Positions 9,810-19,586 of a stretch of 64,000 nucleotides of DNA are shown one piece after another. Source of the DNA: a virus (lineage: Duplodnaviria > Caudoviricetes); IMG/VR virus record IMGVR_UViG_3300047171_000080, positions 520-64,519 of that record; one strand, given 5' to 3'. The notes below the pieces were generated by a model that worked only from the letters and a program-made list of their open reading frames with translations, did not search any database and had not been told where the DNA came from. The translations under genes were made by a program, and so were the position numbers. The number at the start of each line of letters is the position of its first letter. Position 1 is the first letter of the stretch.

Positions 9810-10793
9810 TTAGGTCGTCACTTGAATGGCAGCTTGTAATGAGGCGAGATCACCGGGCGCAAAAGGCGCCGACGTGAACGGATTTTCGGCAAAGAACGAC
9901 GGGTATGACACGTAGGACCCCGACAAGCCGACGGCATTTCCGTAGCTTTCGCTCGTGCCATTGCCGATTCCAGATTCAAGCGTTCGACTGCCGGCGTTGT
10001 CGATTCGTGCGACGCTCGTCACTTTCACTCCGGCGATTGCCCCCGTCGGCGCCGTTTGCCCCGAGATAAGCGCAAGATCGTAACAGTCAACGTTTCCGGG
10101 GGTTTGGCTTTGCACGTACGTCGTATCTCCGTCGGACGGAATTTCATCGACGCATTCATAATTCGCCGACTCGCCTTCGGGCGTGAATTGCGTTACGCGC
10201 CCGGCCGCGCTAGGCATATATGTGACGACTTTTTGATTTCCGAGAAAGGTGTTATTGGTCGTACCCGAGCCGTCGCAAATATAGTAGTCGTCGATCTCTA
10301 AGCCGCTGCTAACCGTTTCGTAGATCGTAACGAGCGAAATGGATGCGCTCGAAGATATTGAGCCCGACGCGGCCAACGCGCCATTAAGACGAATTGTGAA
10401 CGTTCCCGGTGAACCGAAGGTGATACCGAGTTCGACGTACGTCCACGCCGCAATAACAGCAGGGTTTGCGGGAATGGAACCGATGAGCGTCCCACCCGGC
10501 TCGTAAAGCGAAAACGCTCCGTATTTTTCATCGACCTTGAGCATCGTTCCATCGGAAAAACCGAGAAGTTCGGTCACGGCCGCATACCCACTTACGGGCA
10601 AGTAGAGCGCAAAACCGACATAAATCGACGAGCCCGACGGTGAAATCGGGAGTCCAATGCTACAGTTGCTTAGGTTTATAGCATGGCCGCCGAACCTCCC
10701 CGGAACGCCCGTCGCATTACTAGGCACACTTACGAAATACGAATCAGACGGCAAGCCCGCCGTTTCGTCGAAGCCGTCGAACCACAGTAGCAT
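9810..10793 (-). CDS. Concanavalin-like structural protein
   Basis: MLLWFDGFD, WTYVEL, IDDYYICDG..G..NNTFLG; tail module context. Confidence 0.6.
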   Translation of the reverse strand: MLLWFDGFDETAGLPSDSYFVSVPSNATGVPGRFGGHAINLSNCSIGLPISPSGSSIYVGFALYLPVSGYAAVTELLGFSDGTMLKVDEKYGAFSLYEPGGTLIGSIPANPAVIAAWTYVELGITFGSPGTFTIRLNGALAASGSISSSASISLVTIYETVSSGLEIDDYYICDGSGTTNNTFLGNQKVVTYMPSAAGRVTQFTPEGESANYECVDEIPSDGDTTYVQSQTPGNVDCYDLALISGQTAPTGAIAGVKVTSVARIDNAGSRTLESGIGNGTSESYGNAVGLSGSYVSYPSFFAENPFTSAPFAPGDLASLQAAIQVTT

Positions 10794-10806
10794 AGCAGCA
10801 GTCCCC

Positions 10807-11586
10807 TTATTCCTCGGATTCGGTAATAGACGAGCCCGTCGCGGTGACGGGGCCGACCGTCGGCGGCGGCACGCCGCTCCCGCTCTGCACGGTCGCGGCG
10901 AACGTGTTGAAGGCGGTCTGCACGCTTTCGATGATTGCATTCGCAAGCGTTTGCGCGTCGGATTGCGTCATAACGGAATCGGGCGCACCGAGGCCGCCCT
11001 TACCAATAAGAATTTTACCGAGCGTGTCGTCAAGAATAAGCGCGAGCCCGCCCGGCGTGCCAAGTCGAATCGCTTTCGCGACGTCGTCGATGATGACGGT
11101 GAAGCCCGACGCCGTCTCAAGTACGAACCGCGATCCCGTGAGCATCGAAAGGCCGCCGAGTGCGTCACCCGCGTCGCCGTCGTTTGTGAGCTTGATGTAC
11201 GCGTCGATTTGGCCCGCAGCATTGTAGTGGCATCGCCACAGCTCGCCTGCGGGCGCGCCCGGCGAATCGTCTGGACCATGATGGAAGATCTTGATCCAGC
11301 CGCTTTGCGTCGGCAACAGCACCGCGCGCTCACCGCCGCGCGGACCATACTGGTCGCCGATCGCCGTCGTGCCGACGGAAATGTGCGCATGCGAGATCGG
11401 CGCGTCACCATCGTCGCCGAGTACCGACGCCGTATCGCCCTGTAGCGTCTCTGCGGTGCCGGCGAACTCTCCCGTCGGCTGCCACGAGCCGTTGATCACG
11501 ACGCCTTCGCGACCGATGAGCGGCGATACGAGTTCTTGCGCCTTAGCCAGTAACGAAGAGGCGAAATCGTTGACGAAATGGTTCAT
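10807..11586 (-). CDS. Baseplate spike (gpV/gp45-like)
   Basis: Position after hub; GPRGGERAV OB-fold-like segment and beta-rich C-terminus. Confidence 0.55.
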   Translation of the reverse strand: MNHFVNDFASSLLAKAQELVSPLIGREGVVINGSWQPTGEFAGTAETLQGDTASVLGDDGDAPISHAHISVGTTAIGDQYGPRGGERAVLLPTQSGWIKIFHHGPDDSPGAPAGELWRCHYNAAGQIDAYIKLTNDGDAGDALGGLSMLTGSRFVLETASGFTVIIDDVAKAIRLGTPGGLALILDDTLGKILIGKGGLGAPDSVMTQSDAQTLANAIIESVQTAFNTFAATVQSGSGVPPPTVGPVTATGSSITESEE

Positions 11587-12953
11587 ACGCCGCCCATTGG
11601 TGCCTGCGTGTTGGCCGCGTGAATGGCCCACGACCATCCGCCTTCGGAAGGGTCGAACGTCTCGTCGATGCGACGCGGCCAATACTTGTCGTTAAACGCC
11701 GTATATGGCAAGCCCGACACCTGAAAGAGCGACGTAATATCGACCTGAGCTAGCAGTTTTTCGGTAACGGCCATACTGAAATCAATCGAATACTGCTTCA
11801 TCGACAGCTGCCGCCAGTACGAGAGCGCAAGCGCGTTACACTTCGCGGGCGTCAGATTTGGGAGATAGTAGATGTACCGTTCGAGACCGCTCTCGCTCGC
11901 TGGCTGGTTGAGGCCTTTGAAACTGCCGCCGCTCGAGCTACTCACCGTCGTCGACGTGATCCCAGCCGCGTTCGTCGTCGTAGACACGTTTTGGTTCGTG
12001 CCGAAGAGCGGCGACGACGACGTGATCTTCGAAGACGACGTCTGCGTCACGCCGCCTGCGGATCCGAGGTTCGAATCGACGCGCCACGTCGTCGACGTCT
12101 TCGTGCGCGTCTGGTACGTGCGCACTTCGACGCGGATATTCTTGTTGAATTGGACGCTGTGATCGCCAACGGGCATCGAGATGTTGTGGCCATAGGTTGC
12201 CGCGATCGTCTTGCGAGTGATCACGTCGGGCGCGACGTAGTTGAGCGTCGCGTTGCTGACCCAAACGTCGACGTCGTCGAAGAGCGCGCACTGCAAGAGA
12301 ATTTGCCAGTAGGTTTTGTTGAAGATCCCCGCGGTGAGATTGGTCCCGCCGACCAGTTCCTTGCCGAGCACTTCCGCGATCGTGAACGACTGCTGTCGCG
12401 ATCGCAGACCGAGGTTGAACGTCAGTCCTAGCATCGCCGCGATTGCGGCGCCGAACTGCGCGCCCGTCATGTTGATCGGGGAGAACGTGACCTTGTTGTC
12501 GACGAGCGGTGCCGCGAGGCTGCGGCACGGAAAGGTGACCGAGTCATCGGAAAACCGCGCCTCGTAGCGATCGACGACGCCGAGGAAGCGTTGCGAAAGC
12601 TGCGAGATGTCGGTCGAGCCGACGGCGGGCGACGATGGGAAGCCCGCGTAGATCTCCGCGTAGATCGGCTCGCTCGACGTGTCGTCTGAATTCGCGAGCG
12701 CTGCGGTGAAGTCGGGGTTCGACGAGATCGGGAGTTCGATCGACGCTTCGTCCGTGGCGCCGTGCGCGTTGAACGTGATGCTGTACTTCACCGGGACGTA
12801 CCGCGAGCCGTTGAGCGCGACGACCGCGCGCGGCGCCGACCTATCGTAGAACGGGTTGAACGTCGTCGGCGAAAGCGCGATGAAGTCGCTCTCGGTGTAG
12901 GATCCGCCCGGAACAGCCTTTGGGATATTCCCGTCGGGAATCGTTACGCTCAC
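11583..12953 (-). CDS. Baseplate hub (gpD/gp44-like)
   Basis: Size, position, FLGVVD...CRSLAAPLVD. Confidence 0.6.
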   Translation of the reverse strand: MSVTIPDGNIPKAVPGGSYTESDFIALSPTTFNPFYDRSAPRAVVALNGSRYVPVKYSITFNAHGATDEASIELPISSNPDFTAALANSDDTSSEPIYAEIYAGFPSSPAVGSTDISQLSQRFLGVVDRYEARFSDDSVTFPCRSLAAPLVDNKVTFSPINMTGAQFGAAIAAMLGLTFNLGLRSRQQSFTIAEVLGKELVGGTNLTAGIFNKTYWQILLQCALFDDVDVWVSNATLNYVAPDVITRKTIAATYGHNISMPVGDHSVQFNKNIRVEVRTYQTRTKTSTTWRVDSNLGSAGGVTQTSSSKITSSSPLFGTNQNVSTTTNAAGITSTTVSSSSGGSFKGLNQPASESGLERYIYYLPNLTPAKCNALALSYWRQLSMKQYSIDFSMAVTEKLLAQVDITSLFQVSGLPYTAFNDKYWPRRIDETFDPSEGGWSWAIHAANTQAPMGGV

Positions 12954-13876
12954 TTTGCACTACCGAGCGGTGGCAAAAGCACAGTCACGACTCGCGTCGA
13001 CGGTAGCCGCGGCGTCGGCACGCCAAGGATAGATGCGAGCGTGAATGCTTTCGTGACGTCACCATAGGTTTGCGACGCGATCTCGTAGAGCGACTGATTC
13101 TGCACGCGCACGCTGCTCGGGCTCTGCCCCTGCTGCACGTTGCGCTCGATGAGCGTCAGTGCCGAGATGAGCCGCGTCGCTTGAAAGAAGCGCGGATCTA
13201 CTTCCGGGAGTGCGGCTGCGTATGTATTTGCCTGCGCTAGAGCCGTCTGAGCGGCCGCGAGAACGCTCGCCGTATTGGAGCCCTGCGCCGCAAGCGGGCC
13301 CGCATTATTGATCGACTGCTGCAGCATCGGAAGCGACGACGGATCGATCGTATCGGTAACGTCCGGGTCGATTGATACGAGCGTATTGTACGACGACGTC
13401 GCCGTCGTCGAGAGCGCGCTGACCTGAGCGTCGAGGCTGACTGGTGCAGTGGTCGAAAACGCGCCGTTTGCATCGCGCGTGATCTCGATCGTGATATCGT
13501 AGCCGGCGCGCGCTTTGTGGCGATAGGTCGGCACGAACGCCGTCACTTTGCAGAAATACTTCTCGCTCAAATACGAGACGAGCACTTCGGTCCCGGACAC
13601 CATGTACGAGCGCAGTGTCTTGATCTTCGTGTCGACGTTGGCCGTGACGTAAAAAGCGCCGATCCAAGTTACCGGATCGGGCTGCGGGCCGTGGCTCTGG
13701 ACCGCGCGGCCGCCGCCGTCGAACTCCTTGACCGTCGTGCGCTGTTTGCCAGCGCCGATCTTAAGCTCGGAGGGGCACTCTTCGCTACCGAAGGTGACCG
13801 CCCCGATCGTCAGCGGCGTCTCGCCCGGAGACGCGGGCGTCACCATCGCGGCCGTCAGCGTCGGAACTTGCGCCAC
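12950..13876 (-). CDS. Tail tube initiator/gpU-like protein with C-terminal LysM/gpX-like domain
   Basis: N-terminal gpU-like region; C-terminal SLYEIASQTYGD. Confidence 0.6.
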   Translation of the reverse strand: MAQVPTLTAAMVTPASPGETPLTIGAVTFGSEECPSELKIGAGKQRTTVKEFDGGGRAVQSHGPQPDPVTWIGAFYVTANVDTKIKTLRSYMVSGTEVLVSYLSEKYFCKVTAFVPTYRHKARAGYDITIEITRDANGAFSTTAPVSLDAQVSALSTTATSSYNTLVSIDPDVTDTIDPSSLPMLQQSINNAGPLAAQGSNTASVLAAAQTALAQANTYAAALPEVDPRFFQATRLISALTLIERNVQQGQSPSSVRVQNQSLYEIASQTYGDVTKAFTLASILGVPTPRLPSTRVVTVLLPPLGSAK

Positions 13877-13906
13877 GGACGACCCTCCTGTGGTAGGTTC
13901 TTAGCG

Positions 13907-14224
13907 ATGGCCAGCAATTGGGCAAAGCGCTTCGTCCAGGACGATGACGGCGAGCCGGAGCTCGTCGACGTCACCCCACCTCCGAACGCGAGCGCGTGGT
14001 TTCTCGCCGAAATGGCAAAGCATCGAGCCGAGGCACACGTGCGGCGCGTGAGAACCGTGCGCTATGCGACGCGCGCGCTCGCGTGGTGGCTTGCGATGTT
14101 GCTGCCGCTGCCGTCGTGGGTCAACGCGATCGCGTTTTGCGTGACCGTTGCCCTCGCGCTCGCAACGCTGCTTGAGGCGGAGCGATGGCTCACCGCGCAT
14201 CTCTCGGCACGCGCGGCGATCTAG
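13907..14224 (+). CDS. Small membrane protein on the opposite strand within the tail operon
   Basis: Fills the gap between tape measure and the next gene; two C-terminal TM segments. Confidence 0.5.
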   Translation: MASNWAKRFVQDDDGEPELVDVTPPPNASAWFLAEMAKHRAEAHVRRVRTVRYATRALAWWLAMLLPLPSWVNAIAFCVTVALALATLLEAERWLTAHLSARAAI

Positions 14225-16287
14225 CGGAAGAGCCCGGCCCCGACCGTCTGGGGATTGGCGAGCGTCGGCGTCGTGACGAGTGAGCCGATGCCTTGAAGGC
14301 CGCCCTTCACTTTTTTCGCGAAGTCCGCACCGTCTTTGACGACCATGTTTGGGAAGTGCAGATGCACCGACTGAATCACTTTATCCTGATCGCGAATCTG
14401 CTGCGCGTCGGAGTCGCTGATCGAGCCGAGGCCACCGTGCTTTTTCGCGTAGTCGCGTCGGCTTTGCAGATACTTCGCGCGCAGAACAGACGCTTCGTCT
14501 TGCGATACGCCGCCGTCGGTTAGGAGCAGGCCGAGCGACGCAACGCCACCGAGCCGACCGATGATCGACAGGATGCCGGCGAACGCCCCCTCGACGGTCG
14601 CCGCGCCTGCGCCGATATCCGTCGCCGCAGCGAGAATCTTCGTCCCGATGCTTCCAAAGTTGTTCGCGAACCCGAGCAACGGTAGAACGATACGGAGATT
14701 AAGCATCGAGGCGAACTTCGCACCGCCGGTGACGAGCGCGCTACCGAGACCGCCAAAGATGATGTTGTCGATCATGCCCCAGAGGCCGCCCGTGGCTTTC
14801 GCCGCGCCCGCGCCTCCGGCTGCACCGGCACCGGTGGCCAGCGCCGCGAGATCCGCTTTGGCCGCGAACGACTCCATCGCGCCGGAGAAGCGATTGAGCG
14901 CACCGATCGCGCCCGCGATTCCCAGCACGAAACGAAGGCCGAATGCACCGGTGATCGCAACGCCCGTTTCGAAGATCCGCTTCGCAACGTCCGGATTCGC
15001 CGCGAGGAAGCCGACGAGATTGGTCAGCCGGGTGTTGAGATCTGTTAGCCACGCTGTGAGATGCGGAAGTTCCGGAAGTGCGATGACCGCCGCGACGTTG
15101 CGAAGATTGGTCGTGAAGGCGTTCCACTGATAGAAGAAGTCCTTTGCATACGCTTCCCACTGGCCTTCGACGCCCGGGATGCGGTTGAACGCGGCCTGAT
15201 TTCGCGTCATCTGCTCTTGCGTCGTCTTGTCCGCGACGATCGACACGAGCCGCTGCGCTTCTTTTGCGAAGACGGCCTGAATGTCGTGGAGCCAGTTCGC
15301 ACCGCCGTTGCGGCGATCGGCCTTCTCCATCAACTCGCGCATCGTGCGCAGATGCTCGATCATCGGAATGAGCGAGAGCTGCCCGTCTTTCGTGAGGTAC
15401 TTAAACGACCCGTCTTTGTCGCGCAGATCGAGATCGCGTAGACCCTGGCGCTTCGCAGTCGCAAGCTCTGCCGAAGGCGTGACGGCCATCGCGTTGAGAA
15501 CGAGATTGTTCATGGCCGTACCGCCCTTGCCTTGCAAGAAGCCGTTCTGCGCCATGACCGCGAGGTATTGGAAGATCGTGTTCTCGTCGACGCCCATCTT
15601 CACGGCGTTCGGGATGAAGTATTTGCCCTGCGTCACGAGTTGGTTGAGCTGCGCGTTCGTCGTGAATTGCAGACGCGCCGTGTCGTCGAGCATCTTCTTC
15701 ATCTTCTCGGGCGTGTAGGCCTGAAAGAAGTGCGCGAATTGCGACATCTGCTCGATCGTCTCGGTCGGATCGGTCTTGCCGCCCGAGGCCATGTATCGCA
15801 CGTCGGCGTAGCGCGCCATCTGCGGGAACATCGCTTTGAGCTGGTTCGGATCTTTGAACGCGACCGTCGCCGCCTTCTGCAGCTCGTTCGCGATCGTGAC
15901 CGCGCTCTGCGCCGTCGCGCCGGAAGTCTCGAGCACCATCGCCTGCAGCATCTTGCGCTGCGCGTCGTTTGCGCCCGTCGCAAGGGTCACGCCCGTCATC
16001 GCACGCTGCAGCTTCGCCGCTTCATCGACGGAGAACGCGAGTGCCGCGCCGCCGACGAGCGCGCCGCCGCCGGCGAACATCGTGCCCATGCGCGCCTGCT
16101 TCGCGCGGATCTCCTCGATACGGCGCTGATAGCGCATCATCGCGGCCGTGTTACGATCGATGAGACCTTGCTGGCGCGCGAGCTGCTCGTTTGCGGCGCC
16201 GGTCGCCGATGCGAGCCGCTGCATGGTGACGAGACCGTTGGATTCGAACTTCAGCGCGATGCCGACGATCCAGTTGCCCATCGCCAT
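14221..16287 (-). CDS. Tape measure protein
   Basis: Long Ala/Gly-rich helical protein with TP901-like GKGGTAMNN motif. Confidence 0.85.
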   Translation of the reverse strand: MAMGNWIVGIALKFESNGLVTMQRLASATGAANEQLARQQGLIDRNTAAMMRYQRRIEEIRAKQARMGTMFAGGGALVGGAALAFSVDEAAKLQRAMTGVTLATGANDAQRKMLQAMVLETSGATAQSAVTIANELQKAATVAFKDPNQLKAMFPQMARYADVRYMASGGKTDPTETIEQMSQFAHFFQAYTPEKMKKMLDDTARLQFTTNAQLNQLVTQGKYFIPNAVKMGVDENTIFQYLAVMAQNGFLQGKGGTAMNNLVLNAMAVTPSAELATAKRQGLRDLDLRDKDGSFKYLTKDGQLSLIPMIEHLRTMRELMEKADRRNGGANWLHDIQAVFAKEAQRLVSIVADKTTQEQMTRNQAAFNRIPGVEGQWEAYAKDFFYQWNAFTTNLRNVAAVIALPELPHLTAWLTDLNTRLTNLVGFLAANPDVAKRIFETGVAITGAFGLRFVLGIAGAIGALNRFSGAMESFAAKADLAALATGAGAAGGAGAAKATGGLWGMIDNIIFGGLGSALVTGGAKFASMLNLRIVLPLLGFANNFGSIGTKILAAATDIGAGAATVEGAFAGILSIIGRLGGVASLGLLLTDGGVSQDEASVLRAKYLQSRRDYAKKHGGLGSISDSDAQQIRDQDKVIQSVHLHFPNMVVKDGADFAKKVKGGLQGIGSLVTTPTLANPQTVGAGLFR

Positions 16288-16290
16288 GCG

Positions 16291-16773
16291 TTACGTGTCC
16301 TCTCCCGGATTGAGCCGCACGATCGGCCGCATGCCGACCGCGGCGCCCGCCGCGAGCTCCGCGATCGCGACGACTTCTTCTTCGCTTTCGTTCATGCCGA
16401 TTTCGAAAGCGGGTCTCGCCGGCACGGGGTTGCCCGTGCGATGGTTGATGTAACCGAATTCGTGATAGCCCATGATCGGATCTGCGGACGCGATCACGGC
16501 TTCGTTCTCGAAGACGTCGCGTTTGACCGATTCCATGAGCTCGCCCGTGCGCTTGAGCGGTTCGTCGGGCGAGAAACCAAGACGTTCGCGTTCGGCCATC
16601 GTCGACGGCGCGAGCGGCGCGAGCTTGCTCTGATCGCCGAAAACGTTCTTCACGTTGGTCTGCACGACGACCGACGCGGTTTCTGCTGCTTCGTGCAGCA
16701 CTTCGTCTTGCAGCGCGGCGAGTTTTTCGAAGTGTTCGGCCAGCTGACCGAGACCATCGAAGAACATGCTCAT
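16291..16773 (-). CDS. HK97 gp10/virion morphogenesis-like protein
   Basis: APLAPST, PLKRTGELMES, YHEFG...PARP motifs. Confidence 0.7.
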   Translation of the reverse strand: MSMFFDGLGQLAEHFEKLAALQDEVLHEAAETASVVVQTNVKNVFGDQSKLAPLAPSTMAERERLGFSPDEPLKRTGELMESVKRDVFENEAVIASADPIMGYHEFGYINHRTGNPVPARPAFEIGMNESEEEVVAIAELAAGAAVGMRPIVRLNPGEDT

Positions 16774-16946
16774 GCGTTACTTCTCCGACGTCTTCGGTGG
16801 ATCGCGCCATTCGCCGCGTTCGAAATCATAATCTTCACCGGCGTTGAGGCCGAAGATGATTATCCACTCGCTGAGCTCGCGCCGCGACATTTCAAGCGCT
16901 TCGGAAAGCGTGATGCCGCCGCGCGAGGCATAGAGCAGCGCCGCGA

Positions 16947-17279
16947 CTAGTCTTCGGTCGAGGCGCTCGGTTCGTTTTTTAGGTCTTCCGCCGCGGGCGG
17001 TGAGTAGAGATCGCTGTACCGATCGGCGAGCGTGAACGCGTCGGTAGCCGTTAGCCGCTTTGCGACTTTCATAAACTCGAGCTCGTTCTTAAACGGCACG
17101 ACCGGCTCGCCGTCGAGTGTTCGGATCGATGCGATCGCATACGTCTTCATCGCACGCATTGGCGATCGCGAATTACCGACCATATCATCGGCTTGCAACG
17201 ATTCCGACGCGGTCAGCTCCGCGATCTCGACCTTTACGCCGCTCGGAAGTTCGACGAGTGTTCTTTCGCGTTCGCTCAC
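16947..17279 (-). CDS. Tail assembly chaperone (gpG-like), with a -1 frameshift extension ending at 16777
   Basis: Follows the tube gene; A AAA AAC heptamer at 16980-16974; open -1 frame to TAA at 16777. Confidence 0.75.
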   Translation of the reverse strand: MSERERTLVELPSGVKVEIAELTASESLQADDMVGNSRSPMRAMKTYAIASIRTLDGEPVVPFKNELEFMKVAKRLTATDAFTLADRYSDLYSPPAAEDLKNEPSASTED

Positions 17280-17740
17280 GATACGTTGATCCGCTCGGTG
17301 CCTTCGAACTCGACGGTCGCCTTGAGGATCTCTTTGCGCGACCACGTGCCCGGCTTGTAGTTGTTGAACACGCAATACGTGTGCTGGAATTCCGAAATGT
17401 CGGTTTTGTCGGCCGACGGCTCGGTCGTCGTGATCGTGCAATAGATGTCTTGCTCGCCCGCATAGTAATTCGCGTCGAGGAAGGCCATGAACGTCGCGAA
17501 ATCAGCCGAGCCGCGCTCGACTTCGATCGAGCCTTTGATTCCGTCGGGGATACGCTTGTTGACGACGCGGCCGCCGTTGTCGATCACGTCGCTTTTAAGC
17601 ATCGTGTCGACGTTCTCGACGTTGAACCGCGTGCGGAAGCCGTCGAGCACGATCGTGTCGCCGGTATCGTTCCGCGTGATCTGCGTCGAGAGCGCGGTGC
17701 CGGTAAGGTAGAGCCCCGGAGGTGACGGGGTCGTCGCCAT
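17276..17740 (-). CDS. Tail tube protein
   Basis: 154-aa beta-rich protein directly after the sheath. Confidence 0.75.
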   Translation of the reverse strand: MATTPSPPGLYLTGTALSTQITRNDTGDTIVLDGFRTRFNVENVDTMLKSDVIDNGGRVVNKRIPDGIKGSIEVERGSADFATFMAFLDANYYAGEQDIYCTITTTEPSADKTDISEFQHTYCVFNNYKPGTWSRKEILKATVEFEGTERINVS

Positions 17741-17761
17741 AGTGAGTCCTCGCAGAATGCG

Positions 17762-17790
17762 AAAAAGGACGGCTTGCGCCGCCCTCTCTC
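17762..17790 (-). terminator. Terminator-like hairpin between sheath and tube
   Basis: AGGGCGGC GCAA GCCGTCCT followed by TTTT. Confidence 0.5.
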
Positions 17791-17809
17791 AGGTGTTGGT
17801 TTCGGTGGT

Positions 17810-19381
17810 CTACGCCGCCGTGCTGGCGGGAGTCGAGTTGACCGTCGTGCCGACTTGGATATTGCCGAGCACGATTTTGATGTTCGAATTCGTCGTCACG
17901 TAGTCGTTCGAGGTGAGCAGCCCTTGCGAGATCGCGGTCGGCGTGTTGTTCGTCAGATCCGCGACGACGTTATATGCTGCGATCTGACCCGTGCTGAGCA
18001 ACCCTTGAAGAGCCGTCTTCAGATCCTTGCGATAGCCCGATCGCTGCTTATCGCTCGCGAGAGCCGTTTGATTCTTGCCGACGTACTTACCGCCGATTTG
18101 GCGTACGAGTAGCCCGATGAGATTGTCCATGCGGACGTCGCTGATGTTCGCGCCGCTCGAAGTGAGGCCGTGATTGAGGCCCCACGCGGTTCCGCCGTCG
18201 AGCGGGTTCGTCGCATATTGCAGACCGTAGAGTTGGCGTTGGCCTCGCTCGGCATCGCTGAGCGGGCCTTCGATCGTTCTCTCCGTCGCGAGAATGCCGA
18301 GAATGGACTGAGCGTACTGATTTTCCGGATCGACGTACGCGGGGAGCGAAGCGATGAGCCCCACTATGCTGCCGATCGGCGAGACGAGGCGTTGCGTGCG
18401 CGTGACGACGTCGAGGATGTAGTCCCAGTCCATCGCGAGGACGACGTGCTCATACTGAGCCGTCGCTGCGGTTTCGAGCGCGATCGCTTCCGCCGTGTCG
18501 GTGCCGGCTGGTCCGACCGCAAGCCCCGCGATGCATCGTTCGCTCTGGCAGAACGCTTCGAGCGTCGTTGCGACCGAAAGATCGTAGCAAGCAGCGAGCA
18601 TCACCTGCCCGCCTTGGCACGCGCCGCGCAGCGCGTAGAGACCGGTGCGCGTCGCCGCGGTCGTGCCGTCGGTTCCGAGTAGCACGGCCGTCGTGACGGT
18701 TGTCGCGCCGTCGGTCCCACCGGACGCCGTTGCCGTTCCGGTTACCGGGGCAGCGGTTCCGGTTCCGGCCGACGCCATCACCTGACCGTTGGGCACCGAG
18801 TTGGGTGCCGTGCCGTTGACGGCGGCCAGGACGTTTGCTTTGAACGTCGGCGCATCGAACGCGGGCGCAGATGCGGAAGCGTATGCGACGATATTGTTAT
18901 ACGTTACCGGGTTTTGATACGGGAACGTGAACGTCAGCGAGTAAACCGGCTTCGCCGTCGCTGTCCCGCTTTGAAGCGAAAGAGATCGCGTTGCGCGATT
19001 CGCAAGCGAGCCCGTGCAGAGATACGTGAAGAGCACGAGCTCGGCACTCGTCGTGTCCAAGATCTCACTCGTTGCGGCCGTGTCGGTGCCGTCCGTGACG
19101 CGCACGCCGACAAACAAAGAGCAACCAGCGCCGTATGCGTCGATCGCTTCGCTCATAAGCGAATTCGGTAGCGTCGTGCCATCGCCCAACGCCTGATATC
19201 CGTCTTGGTCCGGAACGCTAAACGCCAGCGCCGTTCCGGGCTTGCCCCAGTTCGCCGCACCGGAGATGCCGAGTACGCTAGTATTCGCGCCCTTTGGTGA
19301 TACCGACGGCGCCGGGCTATCGCTGACGTACGATCCGTCGTGCGGAAACGAACCGATCTGCGTATTGGTGACGAATCCCAT
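17810..19381 (-). CDS. Tail sheath protein
   Basis: GISGAANWG, VRVTDGTD, SGGTDG, TGLYAL, NNTP..I..G motifs. Confidence 0.9.
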   Translation of the reverse strand: MGFVTNTQIGSFPHDGSYVSDSPAPSVSPKGANTSVLGISGAANWGKPGTALAFSVPDQDGYQALGDGTTLPNSLMSEAIDAYGAGCSLFVGVRVTDGTDTAATSEILDTTSAELVLFTYLCTGSLANRATRSLSLQSGTATAKPVYSLTFTFPYQNPVTYNNIVAYASASAPAFDAPTFKANVLAAVNGTAPNSVPNGQVMASAGTGTAAPVTGTATASGGTDGATTVTTAVLLGTDGTTAATRTGLYALRGACQGGQVMLAACYDLSVATTLEAFCQSERCIAGLAVGPAGTDTAEAIALETAATAQYEHVVLAMDWDYILDVVTRTQRLVSPIGSIVGLIASLPAYVDPENQYAQSILGILATERTIEGPLSDAERGQRQLYGLQYATNPLDGGTAWGLNHGLTSSGANISDVRMDNLIGLLVRQIGGKYVGKNQTALASDKQRSGYRKDLKTALQGLLSTGQIAAYNVVADLTNNTPTAISQGLLTSNDYVTTNSNIKIVLGNIQVGTTVNSTPASTAA

Positions 19382-19384
19382 TGC

Positions 19385-19585
19385 CTACTCCTTCGATTCC
19401 GCTGCGGCCGCAAGCGGCGTCGTGACGGTCGGCGTCGATTGCGCGGGCGCCTTATCCGCGACGGCCACGCAGCGCTTGCGCAGACTCGGTTTATCGGAAA
19501 CAGCCTCGACGTCAGCGTCGGCGATCGTATCGCCACGTTTGTAGTCGCGGCCGTTGAGATGGAATTCGTTGACTACTCGCAGCAC
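19385..19585 (-). CDS. Small structural-region protein
   Basis: VLRVVNEFHLNGRDYKRGD; typical short gene before a sheath gene. Confidence 0.55.
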   Translation of the reverse strand: MLRVVNEFHLNGRDYKRGDTIADADVEAVSDKPSLRKRCVAVADKAPAQSTPTVTTPLAAAAESKE

Positions 19586-19586
19586 G

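Noticed and set aside
4336-10793. Diversity-generating retroelement acting on fibre or lectin genes
   Set aside because: No reverse transcriptase and no adenine-specific TR/VR pair seen in the window
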